DNA from: Bacteroidetes bacterium HGW-Bacteroidetes-17
GTDB taxonomy: Bacteria; Bacteroidota; Bacteroidia; Bacteroidales; GCA-2711565
Length of the DNA: 64,000 nucleotides
NCBI GenBank assembly: GCA_002840985.1
Contig: PHDM01000001.1
Location: 5,412-69,411 of the forward strand
Direction: 5' to 3'
Part shown: positions 30,833-38,627 of the stretch, piece by piece
How the letters are laid out: each line of letters begins with the position of its first letter
Position numbering within the stretch: position 1 is the first letter of the stretch
Translations under genes and position numbers: made by a program
Notes under the pieces: model-generated
Told to the model about the DNA's origin: nothing
What the model saw: only the letters and a program-made list of their open reading frames with translations
The model's database searches: none

Positions 30833-33337
30833 ATGAAAAAACTTAATTTATTCCTGATGCTGTTAATCTCGACCCAAATTCTATGGGCTCAGAAAACGGT
30901 CGAATTAAAAAAATGGATGATTTCAAATCCTCAAAAAATAAACATGCCTGCCTTTGCAGAGGTGAAAAGTGTGGATGATAAAACCTTCAAAGTTTCAGAT
31001 TTGCTTAGTAAAACCAAAGTTGATTTCGATAACAAATCGTTAAGTTGGTCAACCATTGAAATTGCCGCCGACAGCATCGTTTTGAACCAGCAGGCAGAAA
31101 ATGATTTATTTGTTCTCCAAAGTTATTTATCAGTTGACCGATGGATGAAAGGATCGTTAAACCTTAGCCTGAATGCAGTATACGAACTTTATCTGGATAA
31201 TGAACTGATTAAAACCAATGGTAATTCCAATTTAAAAAATTCTAAGATCGAGCTTGAACTTCAAACCGGAAATCATCAGATCAGACTTAAAGTACTTGGC
31301 TCAAAAGAGATCATGAAACTGGTTGCCAATTTTGAATTTTCCATTGGAGAAGCAGTTACAGGGCTGAATTCCGAAAGGTCTTTTAACATTAATGATGTGC
31401 TGGAATCGAAAACAGTTTTTTCAGCTAAGATCTCTCCATCCGGTAAGTATGTGTTGATTCGCTATTCAGAAGTGGCTCACGGAAGTGGAAAGAGTATAAG
31501 CTATTCAGAAATTTATGATCTTGAGAGTCAAAAGAACATAAGCTTTATCAGGAATAAAGATATCGCAAATGTAGGTTGGTTGCCACGTACTGACCGCCTA
31601 AGTTATACGGTTAGTTTTGAGGGTAAATCGGAACTGTTTGTTTACGATATTGCCGCTTCGGTTGAAACCTCAATTGCTAAGGATATCCAAAATATATCTG
31701 GGTTTACCTGGTCGCCTACCGAAGATTTTATCATTTATTCCGAATATGTAGAGGCTGAAAAACCTGGTGACTTAAAGCGTATTTTCGGATCGGACGATCG
31801 TCTGCCCTATTTCAGGGGAAGGTCATTCTTGCATAAAATTGATGTAAAAACGGGAAATGTTACCCAATTAACTGCGGGTAATCTTTCAGCCAACTTGCAC
31901 GATATTAAGGCTGACGGTTCAAAAATTTTGTTTTCAACTTCACGAATGGATTATAATGAGGTCCCATTCTCAAAGCAAAATTTGTATGAAATGGATGTGA
32001 AAACCTTGGAATTATCCACGATTTGGGAAAACAAGCTTTATGATGGGTACTGCACCTATTCTCCTGATGGGTCAACATTATTGGTGCTGGGAGCTCCGGA
32101 ATGTTTCGGAAATATTGGGGTAAATGTGAGTGAAGGAAGAATCCCGAACAGTTACGATGTGCAATTGTATCTTTATGATTTGCAAACAAAGAGCGTGGAG
32201 CCGATTACGAAAAATTTTGATCCGGCAATCAATTCAGCTTATTGGAACAATGCTACTGAAATCTATTTAGAGGTAGCCGAAAAAGACTATCAAAATTTGT
32301 ATAAATACGATCTGAAATCAAAAACTTTTACGCAGATTCCGTTATCGGTTGAGGTATTGGGCAACATCGATATTGCTTATAGTAAACCAGTGGCAGTATA
32401 CACAGGAACCAGTATTTCAACTCCAAATAAACTTTACGCATTAGATTTAAAGAAGGGGAAGAGCACTTTGTTGTCTGATCCTTCAAAAGAACGCTTTGCA
32501 GAGGTGAAATTTGGCAAAACTGAAGAATGGAATTTTGTTAATAAAAGCGGAACAACCATTTCTGGCCGGGTTTATTATCCGCCAAACTACGACCAAAATA
32601 AAAAATACCCTGTCATTGTTAATTATTATGGTGGAACTTCTCCTGTTGAACGTTCATTTGGTGGGCGTTATCCTTTGAATAACTGGGCAGCTAACGGTTA
32701 TATTGTTTATTTGTTGCAACCCAGCGGTGCAACCGGATTTGGACAGGATTTTTCAGCTTTACATGTTAATGGCTGGGGTTTCGATGCCATTGATGATATT
32801 ATCGATGGAACCAAGGAGTTTTTAAAAACCCATGCATCTGCTGATGCTGCGAATGTAGGTTGTATCGGTGCTTCTTATGGTGGGTATACCACCATGTTGT
32901 TACAAACCAGGACTGATATTTTTAAAACCGCGATTTCTCATGCCGGTATCAGTTCCATTACCAGTTATTGGGGTGAAGGCTATTGGGGATATTCATACAG
33001 CGCAGGTGCTACAAAGAACAGCTATCCCTGGAACCGTAAAGATATTTATGTGGAACACAGTCCGATTTACAATGCCGATAAATTCCAGAACTCGATTCTG
33101 CTTTTGCATGGAACAAGCGATACCAATGTACCAACAGGCGAAAGTTTACAGTATTATGCGGCTTTGAATCTTTTAGGCAAAGATGTCGAAATGGTATTGA
33201 TTGATGGGCAGGATCACCATATTTTGGATTACAAGAAACGCATCAAATGGCATTATACCATCATTTCGTGGTTTGATAAAAAGTTGAAAAATCAACCGGA
33301 ACAATGGAATGATTTATATCCGGAGAAGAATTTATAG
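30833..33337 (+). CDS. S9 family serine peptidase (prolyl oligopeptidase / dipeptidyl-peptidase-like, beta-propeller + alpha/beta hydrolase)
   Basis: Signal peptide. Nucleophile elbow GCIGASYGGY. LLLHGTSDTNVP and DGQDHHI complete the triad. The ATG at 30833 is preferred over the TTG at 30827. Confidence 0.85.
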   Translation: MKKLNLFLMLLISTQILWAQKTVELKKWMISNPQKINMPAFAEVKSVDDKTFKVSDLLSKTKVDFDNKSLSWSTIEIAADSIVLNQQAENDLFVLQSYLSVDRWMKGSLNLSLNAVYELYLDNELIKTNGNSNLKNSKIELELQTGNHQIRLKVLGSKEIMKLVANFEFSIGEAVTGLNSERSFNINDVLESKTVFSAKISPSGKYVLIRYSEVAHGSGKSISYSEIYDLESQKNISFIRNKDIANVGWLPRTDRLSYTVSFEGKSELFVYDIAASVETSIAKDIQNISGFTWSPTEDFIIYSEYVEAEKPGDLKRIFGSDDRLPYFRGRSFLHKIDVKTGNVTQLTAGNLSANLHDIKADGSKILFSTSRMDYNEVPFSKQNLYEMDVKTLELSTIWENKLYDGYCTYSPDGSTLLVLGAPECFGNIGVNVSEGRIPNSYDVQLYLYDLQTKSVEPITKNFDPAINSAYWNNATEIYLEVAEKDYQNLYKYDLKSKTFTQIPLSVEVLGNIDIAYSKPVAVYTGTSISTPNKLYALDLKKGKSTLLSDPSKERFAEVKFGKTEEWNFVNKSGTTISGRVYYPPNYDQNKKYPVIVNYYGGTSPVERSFGGRYPLNNWAANGYIVYLLQPSGATGFGQDFSALHVNGWGFDAIDDIIDGTKEFLKTHASADAANVGCIGASYGGYTTMLLQTRTDIFKTAISHAGISSITSYWGEGYWGYSYSAGATKNSYPWNRKDIYVEHSPIYNADKFQNSILLLHGTSDTNVPTGESLQYYAALNLLGKDVEMVLIDGQDHHILDYKKRIKWHYTIISWFDKKLKNQPEQWNDLYPEKNL

Positions 33338-33393
33338 AAGGGAAAATGATGTATAAAAGAGGCTGTCCAAAAAGTCAACATATTCTAAAACTT

Positions 33394-33486
33394 GTCACAT
33401 CGAGCGAAGTCGAGATGTTTTATTATCAATTATAACTAGATTTCGACACATTTCGACTTCGCTCAATGTTCAACTCAATCTGACTG
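33394..33486. repeat. Hairpin-type intergenic repeat between convergent genes (same family as 6608-6720)
   Basis: Arms ACATCGAGCGAAGTCGAGATG (33397-33417) and CATTTCGACTTCGCTCAATGT (33449-33469) are reverse complements with 2 mismatches. May double as a terminator for both flanking genes. Confidence 0.75.
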
Positions 33487-33533
33487 GTTAATAAGTCTTT
33501 TTAGCCTCTTTTTTTGTATGCTTAACCTAATTT

Positions 33534-33956
33534 TTATTTCTTTAATAAATCACGGATTTCGGTCAGTAGTACTTCTTCTTTGGTAGGTTCCGGTGGTGTT
33601 ATAGGAGCTTCTGCTTTCTTCTCCATTTTCTCTTTCATTTTGTTATATACTTTAACAACCATGAAAATGGCAAACGAAACAATCAGAAAAGTGATAATGG
33701 TATTAATGAAAACGCCATAATATATTGCTACTTCTGCAATGCTGTCACCGGCACCTTTAACCGATTCGGCCACCCCTGGTTGAATAACAATTTTAAAGGC
33801 TGAAAAATCAATCCCCCCTAGCAAGATTCCAATCGGGGGCATCAGGATATCGTTAACCAACGACTTAACAATTGCACCGAAATAGGTAGCCATGATCAAA
33901 CCAACCGCGATCTCGATCACATTACCTTTACTGATAAATTTTTTGAATTCGTTCAT
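33534..33956 (-). CDS. mscL: Large-conductance mechanosensitive channel MscL
   Basis: FKKFISKGNVIEIAVGLIMATYFGAIVKSLVNDILMPPIG is the canonical MscL N-terminus/TM1. 140 aa. Confidence 0.9.
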   Translation of the reverse strand: MNEFKKFISKGNVIEIAVGLIMATYFGAIVKSLVNDILMPPIGILLGGIDFSAFKIVIQPGVAESVKGAGDSIAEVAIYYGVFINTIITFLIVSFAIFMVVKVYNKMKEKMEKKAEAPITPPEPTKEEVLLTEIRDLLKK

Positions 33957-34076
33957 GTTTTTAATAATTTGGTGAATAATTGAAACGAATATAAATATTA
34001 TTATGAATATTTATATGGATAATTATTTTACCCATATCGGATGGATTGAAAAAATCATATTAAATGCCTGGGAAAA

Positions 34077-35117
34077 TTAGAGATAGCCTAATTTATCGGC
34101 CAGATAAATGAATAATAAGGACAATGTAAAAGCAATGACAGGAGCAATAATCCACATCAGGAAAAAACGTTTTACCTGTGTTTTTTTGAAAATGTTTTTT
34201 GAACCTAATTTGGCAACCCCAATCCCTAAAATGGCTGCGACATTTACCTGAACCAAAGAAGAAGGAATCCCTTTTATAATTGAAGCAAGCAGTAACAAGC
34301 TGGCAGAAACAAAGGCAATAATTACGGCTTCGAATTTACCGAAAAGCACAATTTCTTTTCCGGTATTTTGTAGAATTTTATGTCCGAAAATGGAGCTTCC
34401 AATTCCAAAACTTGGAGCAACAATCAGAGTCGAAATGATCATGATCAATGTAAAATTTTTATCGATCGAGATGTTAAGTTCATTTGCTGTCATGGATGCG
34501 ATCGGGCCGGCAGCATTGGCCACATTATTTGCGCCTATCGAAAATGCCACGTATAAGGACATAATCAAAATCAGGGCATTCCAAATGGGTTTCATGTTCT
34601 CATTTTGTGCCCTCGACATGGTTAATCCCCTTCTGCGCATGGGGCGGTAAATATACTTCCCTAAAAATAATGCGATAAAGAAGGAAATGATGGGCAGGAT
34701 AAACCAGGCAGGAATGATTTCCAATAATAATTTATCAGTATTTAAGCTGTTAAAGTAAATCGCCGGAGCTACAACAGAAAGTACTGTTGCCTGACTGGTA
34801 GATTGGGGAACTCCAAATAAGTTTGCGATAAGGAGAGAAATAGCCACCGAAAATAAAATAATTGACACAATGGGCAAGGTCATCATTTCAGGCGAAAGCA
34901 AATCCTTTCCCATCGTAGTTGCAGTTCCTTTACCTGCAATAATAGCTCCTAAAAAAACCATGATCCCAAACAAACCGGGGATTAAACTTTTACGGATGAT
35001 GTTGGCTCCATATGCCGCAGAAAAGGAAGGTCCAGTTCCACTTCCACCCATGGTAATAGCCAAAAACATAGCAATAATAAAGGGAATTAAAAGATGGCTG
35101 AAAAGTGGAGAAATCAT
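34077..35117 (-). CDS. Inorganic phosphate transporter, PiT family
   Basis: Polytopic, 346 aa. GANNVANA signature plus an N-terminal GGSGTGPSFSAAYGAN repeat half. Confidence 0.85.
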   Translation of the reverse strand: MISPLFSHLLIPFIIAMFLAITMGGSGTGPSFSAAYGANIIRKSLIPGLFGIMVFLGAIIAGKGTATTMGKDLLSPEMMTLPIVSIILFSVAISLLIANLFGVPQSTSQATVLSVVAPAIYFNSLNTDKLLLEIIPAWFILPIISFFIALFLGKYIYRPMRRRGLTMSRAQNENMKPIWNALILIMSLYVAFSIGANNVANAAGPIASMTANELNISIDKNFTLIMIISTLIVAPSFGIGSSIFGHKILQNTGKEIVLFGKFEAVIIAFVSASLLLLASIIKGIPSSLVQVNVAAILGIGVAKLGSKNIFKKTQVKRFFLMWIIAPVIAFTLSLLFIYLADKLGYL

Positions 35118-35190
35118 AACTGCAAAATATCAAAATGCTAAATTATGAATTAACAACGATTGATTTTGTACAAATTAAGACAAAAAAATA

Positions 35191-35601
35191 TTAAGAAGTG
35201 ATTTCAGTTCTGGTAATTTTGGCCACCAAATTTGATGTCGGATCAGGGCATCTTACATATTCCGTTGTAATCCCATCCTGATTAATCAGTTTTTCGTAAG
35301 GTGTTCCTTCGTATTTCCAGGTAAGGGTTACATCGTTTTCCAACAATCTTAAAAAGTCATTCAAACTGGTACGAAGCCAGGGGCAAATTTTACCAAAATC
35401 GGCCGGATATTCAAATTTGTCGCCCTTTTTATGGCACCAGGTATCTTCGCGGGCTTCATAAATTTCGATCTCGATTTTAAATCGTCTTCGTTTTTTAGGT
35501 TGATCCTGTTCCTGAGCAATAGCACTATTGACAAGAAATGGTGCCGCTGTAAGGCCTATCATCCCACATCCGGCTTTTTTAATAAAATCGGTACGGTCCA
35601 T
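35191..35601 (-). CDS. TIGR04076-like small Cys-containing protein with an N-terminal Tat-like/signal segment
   Basis: FKIEIEIYE..WCHKKGDKFEYP..GKICPWLRTSL...YVRCPDP pattern as I recall for the TIGR04076 family. N-terminus DRTDFIKKAGCGMIGLTAAPFLVNSAIAQ. Confidence 0.5.
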   Translation of the reverse strand: MDRTDFIKKAGCGMIGLTAAPFLVNSAIAQEQDQPKKRRRFKIEIEIYEAREDTWCHKKGDKFEYPADFGKICPWLRTSLNDFLRLLENDVTLTWKYEGTPYEKLINQDGITTEYVRCPDPTSNLVAKITRTEITS

Positions 35602-35674
35602 ATTTTTGATTTTTTTACGGGTTAATATAGGTAAGTGGTGAAAATCGTAAATGGAAACATATGGATGAACGGTT

Positions 35675-35857
35675 CTACATTCCCATATACTTAAAGGCTT
35701 CGTAAACCATAAAGGCCGGCCAAACTATTGCTTTAAGGAAACCAAGCACACCCATCCAAAAACTGCCGGCGGTTGAAATAAAATAGATGGCTGCACCAAT
35801 AAAGCCCAAACCATAAACTGCTCCTGAGGAAGCATTGTTGTGAATTTCTTTTTTCAT
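35675..35857 (-). CDS. Small two-helix membrane protein (hypothetical)
   Basis: 60 aa with two hydrophobic helices (GLGFIGAAIYFI.. and WMGVLGFLKAIVWPAFMV). No antisense competitor ORF. Confidence 0.45.
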   Translation of the reverse strand: MKKEIHNNASSGAVYGLGFIGAAIYFISTAGSFWMGVLGFLKAIVWPAFMVYEAFKYMGM

Positions 35858-35981
35858 ATTATTGTTTTATTTAGGTTTAAAAAGGAATCTAAGATAATTA
35901 TTTTTTTTAGTTTGAAGGAGTTTCAATGGTTGGTAAAATTGTTTGGATTCTAATCTCAGTTCTTTGTTATGCCGTTGTGCG

Positions 35982-36329
35982 TTATTCTAAATCAATAATT
36001 ATTTGTATGTTTTCTTTGACCAATTCTATCAAGTTCTTTGGTAAGTCTCCAACTTTATTTATTAGTCTTTTATTATCTATGGAACGAATTTGATCGATCA
36101 TGACATCGCAGTCCTGATTTAGATCAGCCATTCCTTTTTTTAGATGAACTCTTAATATTTCAGAGTCCTTTTTTATGTTTGTCGTGATAGGACAAACAAT
36201 AGTTGAAGGATGAGGGATTTTGTTCAGCAAATTAGTCTGGACGACTAAAACAGGTCTGGTTTTCCCAGGTTCTGTTCCAATCTGTGGATTTAGGTCAGCT
36301 ATCCATATTTCAAATTGTTTAATCAACAT
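35982..36329 (-). CDS. Type II toxin, PemK/MazF-family mRNA interferase
   Basis: IKQFEIWIADLNPQIGTEPGKTRPVLVVQTN..CPITT is the MazF/PemK fold signature. The ATG at 36329 is preferred and overlaps the antitoxin stop by 11 nt. Confidence 0.85.
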   Translation of the reverse strand: MLIKQFEIWIADLNPQIGTEPGKTRPVLVVQTNLLNKIPHPSTIVCPITTNIKKDSEILRVHLKKGMADLNQDCDVMIDQIRSIDNKRLINKVGDLPKNLIELVKENIQIIIDLE

Positions 36330-36549
36330 ATTCAATCTCCTCAAAATCTTTAAGTACAGACATTGAATCACTTTTAACTAATTCTGATTCGCTCTTTAGT
36401 TTTTTCTCAATAATTAATCGTCTCTGAATTTGGTTGTAATATTCCAGAGCCTCGTTAATATACCTATTTCTAGGTTTTTTCATTCTCAAGAGAATTTTTT
36501 CAGTTTCCACGAAAATAGAATCGTCAATTTTTAATGAGATAGTTTTCAT
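36319..36549 (-). CDS. Antitoxin, ribbon-helix-helix (CopG-like)
   Basis: 76 aa. MKTISLKIDDSIF...RNRYINEALEYY (RHH beta-strand + helices). Located immediately upstream of, and overlapping, the MazF-like gene. Confidence 0.7.
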   Translation of the reverse strand: MKTISLKIDDSIFVETEKILLRMKKPRNRYINEALEYYNQIQRRLIIEKKLKSESELVKSDSMSVLKDFEEIEYVD

Positions 36550-36609
36550 AATATTTTTGTTTTATACCACAAAAGTATATCATAAAAGCATATACTCCAA
36601 GTCTTTTTT

Positions 36610-36730
36610 GCATGCGGCATAACGGTTTGGAGCGCAGCGCATTTTGCGGCAGGTTTTCCTTTCCCCCGAGGGACAGGAAACAATACGAAAACCCTAAGGT
36701 TTTTATACCTGGCTTAGCGCCATGCTTTAT
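36610..36730. repeat. Cassette-boundary repeat A (long palindromic variant)
   Basis: GCATGCGGCATAACGGTTTGGAGCGC ... GGTTTTTATACCTGGCTTAGCGCCATGCTTTAT. Inner 11-bp hairpin TTTCCTTTCCC (36655-36665) / GGGACAGGAAA (36670-36680). Its ends resemble repeats B, C and D. Confidence 0.55.
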
Positions 36731-36755
36731 GATCCTTTGTAATGTAACTTTAATA

Positions 36756-37877
36756 TTAGTTTTTTGTCATGTATTGACTGATTTTTTTTTCGAAATTTCC
36801 AGTAAAATAACCTTCCCACTGTTCGACAATTTTTCCTTCGGGATTTATTAAAAAATATGTAGGAAATCCCAAAATTCCATATTTAAAACCAATTCCTGCA
36901 ATTATGCCTTTGCTATCAGAAATGTTTACCCAAGGAACATCATCTCTTTTTAAGCCTTCCTCCCAAATTTCTTCTTTTGTGTCAAGATTAAAACCTACAA
37001 TTATTAAATTATCTGTGTATTTTGAATGAATCTCTTTTAATTCCGGGATTGATTGAATACAAGGACCACAATTTGTTGCCCAAAAATCAATAAGTATATA
37101 TTTACCTTTAAAATCTGATAATTTGAATCTATTACCATTAATATCATATCCTTCAAAATCTGTTAGCTGATCACCTACTTGGGGTGGTTCTTGTTTGTTC
37201 AGAATGGATAATATTCCTTCAGCATACAAGGAATGAATATAGGTTGAATCAAATCTCTTATATACTTCACTTACTCTATCTTTTGGGATACTATTTTTAG
37301 AGGCAAGAATATAATAAAGCTTTTCTATAGCAATAAAACTGTTAGGCTTTTTTTCAATAGCATTAAATTCGATGCTGTTTTTGATTTTGTAAATTGAATC
37401 AATTTTAAAATTTACAACTTTAATAATATCTTTATTCTCTCTGTTTTTTGATCGAATTAATGCAAGGCTATCAATCTTTCTGGATAAATGTTTCGTGTTT
37501 TGAGTTATTTCATTTAAAATCTTTTGTTCAACCGTTTCACTTTCAACTGACCAAGATGATAAAAAAATGTTATCTCCTTTTACAAATATTTTTTGATAAT
37601 CAACCCATAGATCACAAGTTCCTCTAAAATTATTATAATCTCGAATCATTAAATACATTTTAATGGGGCTTTGAGATAACGTGTCTGAAAATTCAAAATA
37701 TCCATCAAAGATTGTATCAGTTTTAATTCTACTAGCTGATCCATCGTTTTCTGCATAAAGATCGATTATCGTTTCATTAGGTATGTTTCTGAGTTGACCC
37801 GAGATAACATATTTTTCTTGTTTTTTTTGACAAGATATTATGCTTATTAATAAGAGAATAAATAAGATTTTTTTCAT
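36756..37877 (-). CDS. TlpA/AhpC-TSA family thiol:disulfide oxidoreductase lipoprotein
   Basis: Lipobox LLISIISC. N-terminal beta domain, then a thioredoxin fold with FWATNCGPC (CxxC) and GFPTYFLINPEGKIV. Confidence 0.8.
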   Translation of the reverse strand: MKKILFILLLISIISCQKKQEKYVISGQLRNIPNETIIDLYAENDGSASRIKTDTIFDGYFEFSDTLSQSPIKMYLMIRDYNNFRGTCDLWVDYQKIFVKGDNIFLSSWSVESETVEQKILNEITQNTKHLSRKIDSLALIRSKNRENKDIIKVVNFKIDSIYKIKNSIEFNAIEKKPNSFIAIEKLYYILASKNSIPKDRVSEVYKRFDSTYIHSLYAEGILSILNKQEPPQVGDQLTDFEGYDINGNRFKLSDFKGKYILIDFWATNCGPCIQSIPELKEIHSKYTDNLIIVGFNLDTKEEIWEEGLKRDDVPWVNISDSKGIIAGIGFKYGILGFPTYFLINPEGKIVEQWEGYFTGNFEKKISQYMTKN

Positions 37878-37907
37878 AACAATTTAAATTTGTGTTCTTT
37901 AATTTTT

Positions 37908-37964
37908 ACACAACGTTTCAGCCGGGTAAGAATCCGCAAATGTTTTATAGCCTTTTTTATGCGC
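37908..37964. repeat. Cassette-boundary repeat B
   Basis: ACACAACG-TTTCAGCCGGGTAAGAATCCGCAAATGTTTTATAGCC-ttttt-TATGCGC. The 37-nt core is 33/37 identical to repeat C. Confidence 0.7.
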
Positions 37965-38015
37965 TGTTACTTATTATTAATTTCAAAACAGTCTTTTAAA
38001 TTTCTACAAAAATTA

Positions 38016-38552
38016 TTAATTTGGGTCTGAGAATTCATCAACTTCAATTAGTTCAACTTCAAATACTACAGTATATTTTTCTTTTAGTTTCGGTATGATG
38101 GCCCAGTTCATGGCATCATGCCCAATAGAGGGAATATTTAAGTATTCAATTTTTATTGAATACTTAATTGTTTTATTTAATGGGTTGTCAATTATTCTGT
38201 AGTTAAAACGTACATAGCTGCTCGGTGTATGAATATATTTCCCAATGATAGATTGTTTGTTAAAATCAAATGGAGGTAATGTAGCTGTTTCACACCCAAT
38301 CTGGTTTCTGCTAAGCTGAGCAATTGTATATGCACCAAATTCTTGATAGGCTGCATTATCAGTAAAAATTACCTCCCTTTGATATGCTTCACCTTTAGGA
38401 CTAAAGCAATTATAGAATGGATGGTTAATAAAATCAACTTGATCTGTAATGTCAGTAATGAATAAATCTTCTTTGTCATTACAAGTTGTAAAGAGCAAAA
38501 TAAAAAAAACACTTATCAGATTAAGATAAATGAAGAAATTTCGATTTTTCAT
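38016..38552 (-). CDS. Hypothetical lipoprotein
   Basis: 178 aa, lipobox LLFTTC, no recognisable domain. AT-rich. Confidence 0.6.
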   Translation of the reverse strand: MKNRNFFIYLNLISVFFILLFTTCNDKEDLFITDITDQVDFINHPFYNCFSPKGEAYQREVIFTDNAAYQEFGAYTIAQLSRNQIGCETATLPPFDFNKQSIIGKYIHTPSSYVRFNYRIIDNPLNKTIKYSIKIEYLNIPSIGHDAMNWAIIPKLKEKYTVVFEVELIEVDEFSDPN

Positions 38553-38570
38553 GGTTTATAATGTTTAATT

Positions 38571-38626
38571 GCGCATAGCGTTTCAGCCGGGTACAAACCC
38601 GCCAATGTTTTATAGCCGTTGTCGTG
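38571..38626. repeat. Cassette-boundary repeat C
   Basis: GCGCATA-gcg-TTTCAGCCGGGTACAAACCCGCCAATGTTTTATAGCC-GTTGTCGTG. Abuts the stop codon of the Roco gene. Confidence 0.7.
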
Positions 38627-38627
38627 T

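Noticed and set aside
36612-36851. ORF 36612-36851(+), 79 aa
   Set aside because: It starts inside repeat A and runs antisense into the TlpA-like gene. Its composition is typical of a translated repeat.
35957-38627. Calling repeats A-D canonical integron attC sites
   Set aside because: I could not find clean R''/R' core sites (RYYYAAC / GTTRRRY). The best are GCATAAC/GTTATGC in A and D, with a mismatch. No intI gene is present. The region is kept only as a cassette-like hypothesis in the findings.
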